NCBI RefSeq assembly: GCF_014280175.1
Contig: NZ_CP047931.1
Span: forward strand, 210,001 to 242,000
Source of the DNA: Synechococcus sp. A15-28
GTDB lineage: Bacteria > Cyanobacteriota > Cyanobacteriia > PCC-6307 > Cyanobiaceae
Direction: 5' to 3'
DNA length: 32,000 bases
The notes below the pieces were generated by a model. That model was not told the DNA's origin. It saw only the letters and a program-made list of their open reading frames with translations, and ran no database searches. Below are positions 1 to 8,282 of this stretch, one piece after another (positions within the stretch are counted from its first letter, which is position 1; each line of letters starts with the position of its first letter). The translations under genes and the position numbers were made by a program.

Positions 1-1
1 C

Positions 2-466
2 CTGTTCATGGACTGCGACATGCTCTGTCGGGGGGACATCAAGCAGCTTTGGGACCAGCGGGACGATGCCTATGGCGCCATGTGTGTGCAGCACGAGCAT
101 GTGCCGGGTGAGACGGTGAAGTTCCTGGGTGAGGTGCAGAGCGCCTACCCCAAGAAGAACTGGAGTTCGCTGATGCTGCTCAACTGCAGCCGCTGCTCAA
201 AGCTCACTGTTGATTACGTCAACAGCGCCAGTGGTCTGGAACTGCATCGTTTCCACTGGCTGGAGGGTGACCACGAGATCGGTGCCATCCAGGGCGGTTG
301 GAATCATCTGGTGGATGTGCAGGCACCACCGGAGCCTCTGGATGCGTCGCCGATGCTGCACTGGACTCTTGGGGGGCCCTGGTTCCGGGAACAGCGCACG
401 ATGGGTGGACCGTTGGCGGCGGAGTGGTTCAGCGCCCGCGATGACGCAATGAAACTCTGGGACTGA
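2..466 (+). CDS. Glycosyltransferase, GT8-like (5' end truncated by window edge)
   Basis: The frame is open from the window edge. It has a DxD-type motif 'DCDML' and a C-terminal 'HWTLGGPWF' resembling the GT8 HxxGxxKPW motif. The stop overlaps the kdsB start (TGATG at 464-468). Confidence 0.6.
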   Translation: MFMDCDMLCRGDIKQLWDQRDDAYGAMCVQHEHVPGETVKFLGEVQSAYPKKNWSSLMLLNCSRCSKLTVDYVNSASGLELHRFHWLEGDHEIGAIQGGWNHLVDVQAPPEPLDASPMLHWTLGGPWFREQRTMGGPLAAEWFSARDDAMKLWD

Positions 467-1245
467 TGGCGATTCAACATGCGGTGGTGGCGGTTCCGGC
501 CCGTTTGCAGTCCTCCCGGCTGCCGAACAAGGTGCTGGCGGATATCGGTGGCAAGCCGATGATCCAGAGGGTGCTCGAGCGGTGTCGTGAAGCGACCGCA
601 GTGCAGGCGGTGGTGCTCTGCACCGACAGCACGGAGCTGCAGGAGATGGCGGAAGGCTGGGGCTTCCCGGTGCTGATGACCGCCGCTTCCTGCAGTTCCG
701 GCAGTGAGCGCATCGCGTCGGTGGCTCAGGAGCTGATGGCGCTGGCCTGGGGGGAGAGCCCGGCAGTGGCCGAGCAGACCGCCGTGATCAACGTGCAGGG
801 AGATCAGCCATTCATCGATCCATCGGTCATCGACGCGATGGTGGCCGAGTTCAAGCGGCTGGATCCCGTTCCAGCGGTAGTGACGCCGGTGTATCGCTTG
901 AAACCGGAGACGGTTCACAATCCCAATGTGGTGAAGACCCTGTTGGCCCATGACGGGCGGGCTCTTTACTTCTCCCGGTCTGCCATTCCCCACGTGCGTG
1001 ATGTCGATCCTGCGGATTGGCACCGCCACACCAACTACTGGGGGCATGTGGGGATGTACGGCTTCCTGGGGGATGTGCTGGCGGCGTGGGATCAGCTGCC
1101 CCCTTCACCCCTGGAGGATCTGGAGCGGCTGGAGCAGTTGCGCCTGATCGAGGCTGGTCACACCATCGCCACCTTCCCCGTGGCTGGAACCTCTCTGTCG
1201 GTGGATACGGCGGAGCAGTTGGAACAGGCGCGCTCCATGGTCTGA
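466..1245 (+). CDS. kdsB: 3-deoxy-manno-octulosonate cytidylyltransferase (CMP-Kdo synthetase)
   Basis: N-terminal 'VAVPARLQSSRLPNKVLADIGGKPMI' and 'NVQGDQPF' match KdsB family signatures. Length is 259 aa with an ATG start. Confidence 0.85.
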   Translation: MAIQHAVVAVPARLQSSRLPNKVLADIGGKPMIQRVLERCREATAVQAVVLCTDSTELQEMAEGWGFPVLMTAASCSSGSERIASVAQELMALAWGESPAVAEQTAVINVQGDQPFIDPSVIDAMVAEFKRLDPVPAVVTPVYRLKPETVHNPNVVKTLLAHDGRALYFSRSAIPHVRDVDPADWHRHTNYWGHVGMYGFLGDVLAAWDQLPPSPLEDLERLEQLRLIEAGHTIATFPVAGTSLSVDTAEQLEQARSMV

Positions 1246-1253
1246 GTCCTGAC

Positions 1254-2099
1254 TCAGTTCTCCCGGCACCAACGGCTGGCAGTGGGCCAGAGCTGATGCA
1301 GGTCAAGTTCAGGGAAATGTTGCTGCACCGCCGCCAGGGTCGGGGCCTGCCATCGCCCCAACTGGTGGAGAAGCTCCTCCGGCAGCTCCGTGTCGTTGCG
1401 GCTCACGTTCACCTGTTGATCCCATTGCGGTTCTCTGTACGGAACACCGAGGAACCGGCAGAGATCAGCCCAGCAGTCCCGATGAAACAGCTGCTCGTAG
1501 GTGGCGATGAAGCAGTGCTTCAGGCCGAAGCTCTCCTTAAGAGCCGTGAGGGTGTGGCCGTAGTCGCTGCGCAACGTGATCCGTTCGGGACGCTCGCGGC
1601 AGAGGTCCTGCAGGGTCTGGATTTCTCCCGCACTGTCCTGAAGCCCCTGCTTGCGCCGCTTCATGCGCACACTTGACACGATGCGTTCGATCGGGTCTCG
1701 CATCAGGAACACCGGTCGCAGCGGAATGCCATGGGCATGCAAGCCATGGTCAATGGCACGCAGGGTGGCGGCGCTGAGCCCGCAGTAGGAGGGCGTGATG
1801 TCCCCGGTGAGCTGGATGCCTGGTCGCCGCAGCAGGCTCGCGAAGTAGGCGTAGTAGCGCTCCGGTCGGTCCAGAAAACGCTGGCGACGCCAGGTGCGGG
1901 GCTTCAACAACGAGCGGCGGCTCCGGCCGCTGAAGCCTGCGGCCGGCAGGGTGAGCGCGTCATGAATGTGGTACTCCTTCAGGAAGCCGAAATCAGCGTC
2001 GCGGCGTTGATTCAGCTGAGCGTGCAGCCAGGACGTTCCGGCCTTCTGGGCACCCAGCCCCAGCAGGAAGACGCCAGGTCCGTCAGTCGTTGCGATCAC
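1254..2099 (-). CDS. Sulfotransferase family protein (PAPS-dependent type)
   Basis: 5'-PSB-like loop 'GAQKAGTSWL' near the N-terminus and 3'-PB-like 'FLMRDPIERIVSS'. GTG start at 2099; the first 17 nt overlap the end of kdsC. Acceptor substrate is unknown. Confidence 0.75.
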   Translation of the reverse strand: MIATTDGPGVFLLGLGAQKAGTSWLHAQLNQRRDADFGFLKEYHIHDALTLPAAGFSGRSRRSLLKPRTWRRQRFLDRPERYYAYFASLLRRPGIQLTGDITPSYCGLSAATLRAIDHGLHAHGIPLRPVFLMRDPIERIVSSVRMKRRKQGLQDSAGEIQTLQDLCRERPERITLRSDYGHTLTALKESFGLKHCFIATYEQLFHRDCWADLCRFLGVPYREPQWDQQVNVSRNDTELPEELLHQLGRWQAPTLAAVQQHFPELDLHQLWPTASRWCREN

Positions 2100-2649
2100 G
2101 CCAACCCCTCCGGCTCAAGCTGCGCCAGCCATCGCGGGCCTGAAGGATCCGTTCCGCCAGCTCCCGCACGGCCCCATGGCCGCCGCGGCAGGAGAGCACC
2201 AGGTCAGCGCCGCGCCGCACCGGTCGGCAGGCATCGGCCGGGGCGAACAGCAGTCCGACCACAGGGCGCACGGCCAGGTCGTTGAGATCGTCGCCGACGA
2301 AGACGGTCTGCGAGACGGTGACTTGCAGCTGCTGCTGGAGGGTTTGCAGGGCAGCGGGTTTGTCCTTGATGCCCACCAGGCAGTGCTCGATCCCCAGTTG
2401 GCGGGCCCGCACTTCAGTGGCGCCGCCACGACCGCCGCTGAGAAAGGCGATCTGCACCCCCGCCTGCTGGAGCAGGCGGATGCCCAGACCATCCCGCACG
2501 TCGAAGCGCTTGATCAATTGGCCATCGGCATCAAACCAGAGTCCGCCATCGGTGAGCACACCGTCCACATCCAGCACCAGCATTTGTAGATCGTTCAGCT
2601 GGCGGCGCAGTCTCCACCAGCCCAGCTGGTTCCACCCCGGCAGCGTCAT
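2083..2649 (-). CDS. kdsC: Kdo-8-phosphate phosphatase (HAD superfamily, YrbI/KdsC)
   Basis: HAD motif I 'LVLDVDGVLTDG' and motif 'FVGDDLNDL', with a typical KdsC length. ATGA overlap with the kdsD stop at 2646-2649. Confidence 0.85.
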   Translation of the reverse strand: MTLPGWNQLGWWRLRRQLNDLQMLVLDVDGVLTDGGLWFDADGQLIKRFDVRDGLGIRLLQQAGVQIAFLSGGRGGATEVRARQLGIEHCLVGIKDKPAALQTLQQQLQVTVSQTVFVGDDLNDLAVRPVVGLLFAPADACRPVRRGADLVLSCRGGHGAVRELAERILQARDGWRSLSRRGWRDRND

Positions 2650-3665
2650 GCCAGTCCTGCCTGTACGAGATCGTGCAGCCGCAACAGCCCCATCAGCCGC
2701 TTGTCGGAGCCAACCACCGGCAGCACTGAAATCGGTTTGCGGCGATTGTGTTCCATCTGTTCCAGGGCCTTCACCACCAGCACATCACCGCCCACGGTGA
2801 TTGGATCGATGGTCATCAGATCGGCTGCGGTGAGGCCGCTCCAGCTGTCGGCACTGTGGTCCTGCAGTGCTCGGCGTAGATCGCCGTCGGTGAGCAATCC
2901 CACCAGGGAGCCTGGTTGCTCCGGGTGTTCCACCCAGCCGCTGCCAATACCATCGCGGGTCAGACCTCCGATCACCTCGGGCAGAGGGGTTTGAGGTTGC
3001 ATTGGATGCAGCTTGCTGACTGGGACCATCAGATCGGCTGCTGTCAGCGTGAGCTGTTTTCCGAGGGAGCCGGCCGGGTGATTCAGGGCGAAATCCGCTG
3101 GTGAGATGCCGCGCCGTTCCATCCAGACGGCCGCCAGGGCATCGCCGATGGCCATCGCTACAGCGGTGCTAGCAGTGGGAGCCAGGTTGAGCGGGCAAAC
3201 CTCGCGGTCCACACCGGCTTCCAGCACTACATCGCTGCCACGGGCCAGGGAGGAGTCAGATCTGCCGACGATGGCGATCCGGCCCGTTCCGCGCCTTTTT
3301 AGGTGAGGCAGCACCTCCAGCAGTTCAGTGGTTTCTCCGCTGTTCGACAGCAGCAGGCACACGTCCTCCGGTGCAACCACCCCGAGGTCGCCGTGCAGGG
3401 CATCGGTGGGGTTGAGGAACAGGGCCATCAGGCCAATCGAGGAGAACGTGGCGGCGATCTTTCGGGCCACGATCCCGCTCTTGCCAACGCCAGTGATCAC
3501 CAGCTTGGCTTTGCGATCAGCGCAACGTTCCAGCAGCGCCAAAGCTGCTTCCACCTGTTCGCTACTGAGCCGTTCCGCAGCAGCGGCGATAGCGGAGGAT
3601 TCCTCCTGCAAACAGCGGGTGAGAGCGGACAACGCGAGGATCCGTGATGATCGGTCCATTCTCAT
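2646..3665 (-). CDS. kdsD: Arabinose-5-phosphate isomerase (KpsF/GutQ/KdsD; SIS + tandem CBS domains)
   Basis: SIS motifs 'TGVGKSG' and 'SNSGET' plus a C-terminal pair of CBS-like repeats. Start is ambiguous: TTG 3674, ATG 3665 (used here) or ATG 3659. Confidence 0.85.
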   Translation of the reverse strand: MRMDRSSRILALSALTRCLQEESSAIAAAAERLSSEQVEAALALLERCADRKAKLVITGVGKSGIVARKIAATFSSIGLMALFLNPTDALHGDLGVVAPEDVCLLLSNSGETTELLEVLPHLKRRGTGRIAIVGRSDSSLARGSDVVLEAGVDREVCPLNLAPTASTAVAMAIGDALAAVWMERRGISPADFALNHPAGSLGKQLTLTAADLMVPVSKLHPMQPQTPLPEVIGGLTRDGIGSGWVEHPEQPGSLVGLLTDGDLRRALQDHSADSWSGLTAADLMTIDPITVGGDVLVVKALEQMEHNRRKPISVLPVVGSDKRLMGLLRLHDLVQAGLA

Positions 3666-3677
3666 GCACGCCAAGCA

Positions 3678-4889
3678 ATGGATCTGCCGGCTGTGCCGTC
3701 AGCACTGCTGGATGCCTTGAAGGCGGCAGCCATCGAAGCAGGCTTGCCACGGCTGGCCCTTGTGGGTGGCGTGGTGAGGGATCTGTTGCTTCACCAACGC
3801 CATGGCCGTCCTTGGCAAGGTGTTCCCGACCTGGACTGGGTGGTGGAGGGCAGCGCCGCCCGTCTGGCGGAGGTGCTGCTGAACCAGTGCGGCCCGGAAC
3901 GGGTGACCGCTGTTCAGCATCACGACCAGTTCGGCACGGTGGCCCTGAAACTCGATGGTGTGCCCCTCGATCTGGCCACGGCGCGGCAGGAGCACTACCC
4001 GGCACCTGGGGACAACCCGGTGGTGCAGCCGGGGTCGTTGGCGGCGGATCTGGTGCGCCGCGATTTCACGATCAATGCCATGGCCCTGGAGTTGATCTCC
4101 GGCGCGTTGATCGACCCCCACGACGGCCAGAGTGATCTGGCCGCAGGGCATCTGCAGTTTCTGCACCCCGGCAGCGTCAGCGATGACCCCACCCGGGTGA
4201 TCCGGGCCGCCCGCTACGGCGCCCGGCTGGGGATGGACCTCGGTTCCGCAGCCCGCAGGCAGGTGGGCGAGACCGTCGCGGCATGGCCCTGGGCCTGGCA
4301 GACGGGGGATGCGCCGCAGGCGGCACCGCCAGCGCTGGCCAGCAGGCTGCGCATGGAGCTGGAACGCTTGCTGGACCATGAACCCTGGCCCGTCGCGTTG
4401 GATCTGCTGGTGTCCTGGCAGGCCATGGCTCTTGTGGATCCTGGCTTGCAGCGGGACGCGGAACGCACCCGGCGTCTGCGCTGGGGGAAACGTCTCGGAC
4501 TGCCGCTGATGAGCGCGCTGTTGGCGGCCGCATCTGATCCCGGGGCGGTGGCGCGCCGCCTGCAGATCCCCGGGCAGCAGCTGCAGTGGCTGGAACGGCT
4601 GCCAGCCCTGCAGTCCTGGTTGGCGTCGGATCCACTCCCCCTCCAGTCGTCTCCAGATGCCTGGACAACGGCGCTTGAAGGTGGTGGCTGGCCGCCCCAA
4701 ACGGTCGCGTTGATGGTGACGTTGCGGCCTGCGGCGTGGAGGCCGCTGCTGCGTTGGTGGGGCCGCTGGCGTCATCTTCAGTCGCCTCAAAGTGCGCGCC
4801 AGTTGATCGCCGAGGGTTGGCAGCCGGGCCCGACCCTGGGGGAGGAATTGCGTCGCCGCCGCGGGGTGCTGCTGGATCAGGGCCGATGA
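3678..4889 (+). CDS. cca: tRNA nucleotidyltransferase (CCA-adding) / poly(A) polymerase family, class II
   Basis: Head-domain motifs 'LVGGVVRDLLL', 'DLDWVV' and the canonical 'RRDFTINAMA'. The stop overlaps the next gene's ATG (ATGA at 4886-4889). Confidence 0.75.
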   Translation: MDLPAVPSALLDALKAAAIEAGLPRLALVGGVVRDLLLHQRHGRPWQGVPDLDWVVEGSAARLAEVLLNQCGPERVTAVQHHDQFGTVALKLDGVPLDLATARQEHYPAPGDNPVVQPGSLAADLVRRDFTINAMALELISGALIDPHDGQSDLAAGHLQFLHPGSVSDDPTRVIRAARYGARLGMDLGSAARRQVGETVAAWPWAWQTGDAPQAAPPALASRLRMELERLLDHEPWPVALDLLVSWQAMALVDPGLQRDAERTRRLRWGKRLGLPLMSALLAAASDPGAVARRLQIPGQQLQWLERLPALQSWLASDPLPLQSSPDAWTTALEGGGWPPQTVALMVTLRPAAWRPLLRWWGRWRHLQSPQSARQLIAEGWQPGPTLGEELRRRRGVLLDQGR

Positions 4890-6313
4890 GACGCACGGCT
4901 CAGGTCTGGACGCTCGTGGCCGCTCTGGTGGCGATGGCCTTCGCCCTGCGGACTCTCCTGTTGATCGATGCCACAGCCCTGTGGAGCGATGAGCTCTACA
5001 GCGTTGGAAAAAGCTTTCAGCCCAGTCCCCTGGCGCTGCTGGAGATGCTGCGGCAGGACACTCACCCCCCGCTGTATTACGGCCTGCTCTGGAGCTGGGG
5101 GCAGTTGGTGGGCCAGACCCCCGTCAGTCTGCGGCTGCTCTCCTGGCTGGCCTATCTGGCTGGGGGTGGCGTGATGGTGGCCCAGGCCGTGGCCCTCGCG
5201 GATGGCCGGCGGAGTGTGCTGCCCCTGGCGCTGCTGCTGGCCTTCTGCAGCCCTTACCCCGTGCGCTTTGCCATCGAGGGGAAGAGCTATGCCCTGCTGG
5301 TGCTGCTGGTGGCCCTGGCCTGGTGGTGGCGTCGTGCTGAACGATCTGTTCCGTACGGGGTGATGGCGGGTCTGGCCGGACTCACCCATTTCTACGGTCT
5401 ATTCCTGGTGCTGGCGGCAGCGGCCTGGGATGGGGCCCGGAGACGCTGGCGCCTGGCGGGAGCTGCTCTTCTCGGGGCCATTCCTGCCTTGGGCTGGATG
5501 GCTTATTCCGCTGACTATCTGTTCAGTTCCCGCTCCGGCAGCTGGATCGGCCCACCGGACTTTGCCCTGCTGGAGGAGTCCCTGGCCCGGGCCCTGGGGC
5601 TCTGGCCCCTGCCCAAGCTGCTGTTGGTCGTGGTGCTCGTCTGGGGGTTGCAGCTCTGGGGTGGGATGCAGCAGCTCCGGTGGCGGCAGAACCGTTTGCT
5701 GGATCGCAGTGCGCTGTTGCCCTCCGCCGTGATGGTGATGGCCGTGGTGCTGGTCTCATTTGTGAAGCCGCTGGCCTTCAGCCGCTACTTCGTGGTGCTG
5801 CTGCCGTCGGTGCTGCCGCTGCTGTCGGTGGTGCTCACCGCGTCACCGCTCCATCGCTGGGGCCAAAGGTTGGTCCTTGGGGTGTTGGTGCTGCTGCTGA
5901 TTAGTTGGTGGGGGCCGGGATTCGCTGAACTGGATCCCGCTGCCGGTGGGGTGCGCGAACAGGATCAGTTCCGCGCGATCAGTCAGCGCACCAGTGGCGA
6001 GAGGGAGCGCTACAGCCCCCGGGCCCGTCTGCTCAACCTCAGCGATCAGATGGAGCTAGCCATGGGCCGGATCAACGCACCGGAGTTGCCCTGGGGGGAT
6101 CGCGATGAACTGCGGGAACGGCTGTTGCGTTCACCCCTGCCGGACGAGCTGTGGCTTGCCAGCAGCGGACCGCCGTTGAAGCTGAACCGCAAGCTCAAGC
6201 CCTTGCAGCAACAGGTTGAAGCGGCTGGATACGTCTGTGATGATCGATCCGCAGGCTTCAGTCACGCTCGGCTGCTGCGCTGCCGATCTGAATCCAGGGC
6301 CCCTCTGCCGTGA
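4886..6313 (+). CDS. Polytopic membrane protein, GT-C / GT39 (ArnT/PMT)-like glycosyltransferase
   Basis: Roughly 10 or more hydrophobic segments. An acidic 'SDELYS' lies just after TM1, as in GT-C first-loop motifs, followed by 'HPPLYY'. The C-terminal ~130 aa are soluble. Start is taken at ATG 4886 (ATGA coupling), not the ORF-track start 4736. Confidence 0.5.
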   Translation: MRRTAQVWTLVAALVAMAFALRTLLLIDATALWSDELYSVGKSFQPSPLALLEMLRQDTHPPLYYGLLWSWGQLVGQTPVSLRLLSWLAYLAGGGVMVAQAVALADGRRSVLPLALLLAFCSPYPVRFAIEGKSYALLVLLVALAWWWRRAERSVPYGVMAGLAGLTHFYGLFLVLAAAAWDGARRRWRLAGAALLGAIPALGWMAYSADYLFSSRSGSWIGPPDFALLEESLARALGLWPLPKLLLVVVLVWGLQLWGGMQQLRWRQNRLLDRSALLPSAVMVMAVVLVSFVKPLAFSRYFVVLLPSVLPLLSVVLTASPLHRWGQRLVLGVLVLLLISWWGPGFAELDPAAGGVREQDQFRAISQRTSGERERYSPRARLLNLSDQMELAMGRINAPELPWGDRDELRERLLRSPLPDELWLASSGPPLKLNRKLKPLQQQVEAAGYVCDDRSAGFSHARLLRCRSESRAPLP

Positions 6314-8282
6314 GGGCCTGTCCCGTGGTCTCCGGGCAGGCCAGCAGCAGGGGGCCGCAGGTCTGGGGATCCACCAGCAATTCCAGCAGCGCCTGGGACG
6401 GTGGTTGATCCAGTTGGATCGGCCCATCCAGCCAGCGCCAGCTTCGGCGGTTGGCCGGCGCCAGACTGCTGGCGTGGCCCTGAGCCAAGCGCTCCAAGGC
6501 CTCGGGGTAGGCCGGAATGCTGTGGGTCCGAAGGGTGATCCGCAGGGGGGCGCTGCTCGCCAGCATTTCCCCCAGATGCCCGAGCAGGCCGAAGCCGGTG
6601 ACATCCGTGCAGGCATGTATGGCCTGGCGATGGGGCTCCAGTTGATCCAGTAACGGGTGCTGACTGCTGGCCATCTGCTGGAGCACCGTGTCCAGGGCTT
6701 CGGGGGGGCAGGCATCCGCCATGGCAGCCGCGAACAGCACACCGGTGCCGAGGGGACGGCTCAGCAGCAGCACATCACCGGCGCTGATTCCCCCCTTCCC
6801 CCAGGGGGAGGGGCTGCGACCGTTGACGCAGAGGGACAGTTGCACCCCAAGACTTGGGCAGTGCGGCGGATCACCACGGGATTCGAGGGTGTGTCCCCCG
6901 ATCAGCTGTGCCTGCTGTTCCTCCAGCACCGATCGCAAACCGCAGAGGGTCTGCACCAGCAGTTCCTGCTGCTCCGCCGTCTCCAGCACCGGCAGGGTCA
7001 CGATCGCCTGGGCACTTTCGACCTTTGCACCACAGGCCCAGAGATCGGAGCAGGCATGGAGTGTTGTGAGGCGACCGTTCAGCCAGGGGTCGCTCACCAG
7101 CGCCGGGAAACCATCGACGCTCTGCAACAGCGGCGGATCAGCCTCGATGCGTGCTGCATCCTCCGGAGCCCCGCGGAGCCCCGCCTGGTCCAGGGCGGCT
7201 TCGAGGGGCTGGGCTGGCAGCTTGGCGGCGCAGCCGCGGCAGGCCATCGGTTTGTCCTGAGACATCGGCTCGCTGCTGCGGAATCCCGCCATGAAGCGCT
7301 TGTCGATTCGTCGCTTCCAGTGCCAAAGCCACTGGGATGGCCCCAGCTGCCAGGTTCCCCTGCGTGCCCAGGCCCGCCCCTGCTGGTCGCCGATCAGTTG
7401 CAGTGCCACGCGCTGCGGTTGCCACGGACGTAGGGGCAGACCGTTGCAACTGGCCTCCAGATTGCGTGCCAACGGGATGGCAGCGCGCACGGCCCAGACC
7501 CCGGAGGCTGGTCGCGCTGCTGCAGCGATCACGGCGCAGTCTCCACTGGCAAAGACATGCTCACAGCCCTCCACCCGCAGCTGGGCATCAGTGCGGAGGC
7601 GTCCATCGTCATCCACCGGCAGACCACTGGCTGCCAGCCAATGGGGAGCGCGACTGCCGGTGCAGAGCAGTCGAGGCCCGACCGCCGTTTCAGGGGTCGT
7701 AACCAAGGCGATCGAGGCCTCCCACAGGATGCGTCGTTCCAGGGAGCCTGGCCCCTTCGGACGGGTTTCCAATCGCAAGGGGCGTTGGGGCCAGCGGCGC
7801 CTTAGCGCCAGCACCACTTCCAGGGCCGCGGCTCCAGAACCGACCACGGTGAAGGGGATGGTGCTGTGGGGATCTTCGGAGGCGATGAGGGCCAGGGCCG
7901 GTTCCAAGGGCTTGATCGCCATCCCCTCTGCAGTGGGCCTGCTGATGGCACCGACATTCAGGCTGAGCACACCGAACCGGAGGGGAGGGCGTTCCGCCAG
8001 AGCTAGGCAGCGTTGGATGGGATCCACGCCGGTGATCTCAGCTTTCACGAAGGCCACACCGGCCCGATCGCAGAGGGAGCGCAGATCGATGGCCGCCGCC
8101 TCGGACGGGTCGATTCCGGCGATCAGGGCAGGAACCATGCCCGAGTACAGAGCCGTGCTGCCGCGGTTGATCAGCACCACTGGACGGGCCGGTCGTCGTG
8201 TTGGATCCATGGCCCAGCGCTTGAGGATCAGCGCATGGCTGTGGCCGCCGCCGGCCAGGAGCAGGGGCCCAGCAGCACTCAT
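6258..8282 (-). CDS. selD: Fusion protein: FAD/NAD(P)-dependent pyridine nucleotide-disulfide oxidoreductase domain + selenide, water dikinase (SelD)
   Basis: N-terminal Rossmann 'LLLAGGGHSHALIL' and a second dinucleotide fold 'FTVVGSGAAALE'. The C-terminal half has the SelD N-loop 'CRGCAAKL', 'LIGGHT' and 'DVTGFGLLGHL'. Start is taken at ATG 8282 (ATGA overlap with the galE stop). Confidence 0.85.
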   Translation of the reverse strand: MSAAGPLLLAGGGHSHALILKRWAMDPTRRPARPVVLINRGSTALYSGMVPALIAGIDPSEAAAIDLRSLCDRAGVAFVKAEITGVDPIQRCLALAERPPLRFGVLSLNVGAISRPTAEGMAIKPLEPALALIASEDPHSTIPFTVVGSGAAALEVVLALRRRWPQRPLRLETRPKGPGSLERRILWEASIALVTTPETAVGPRLLCTGSRAPHWLAASGLPVDDDGRLRTDAQLRVEGCEHVFASGDCAVIAAAARPASGVWAVRAAIPLARNLEASCNGLPLRPWQPQRVALQLIGDQQGRAWARRGTWQLGPSQWLWHWKRRIDKRFMAGFRSSEPMSQDKPMACRGCAAKLPAQPLEAALDQAGLRGAPEDAARIEADPPLLQSVDGFPALVSDPWLNGRLTTLHACSDLWACGAKVESAQAIVTLPVLETAEQQELLVQTLCGLRSVLEEQQAQLIGGHTLESRGDPPHCPSLGVQLSLCVNGRSPSPWGKGGISAGDVLLLSRPLGTGVLFAAAMADACPPEALDTVLQQMASSQHPLLDQLEPHRQAIHACTDVTGFGLLGHLGEMLASSAPLRITLRTHSIPAYPEALERLAQGHASSLAPANRRSWRWLDGPIQLDQPPSQALLELLVDPQTCGPLLLACPETTGQALTAEGPWIQIGSAAAERD

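Noticed and set aside
4736-4885. A 50-codon N-terminal extension of the GT-C-like membrane protein.
   Set aside because: It lies entirely within the 3' end of cca in another frame. ATG 4886 gives an ATGA junction and a sensible positively charged N-terminus before TM1.
3699-4896. 363-aa and 239-aa ORFs antisense to cca.
   Set aside because: They are Arg/Pro/Gln/Ala-rich shadow frames in a very GC-rich stretch. The cca frame carries 'GGVVRD' and 'RRDFTINAMA'.
6790-6813. A C-run/G-run quasi-palindrome (ccccccttcccccagggggagggg) that looks like a strong hairpin.
   Set aside because: It lies inside selD and simply encodes 'SPSPWGKGG'. The central stem would have a 1-nt loop, so it is sterically implausible as a functional hairpin.
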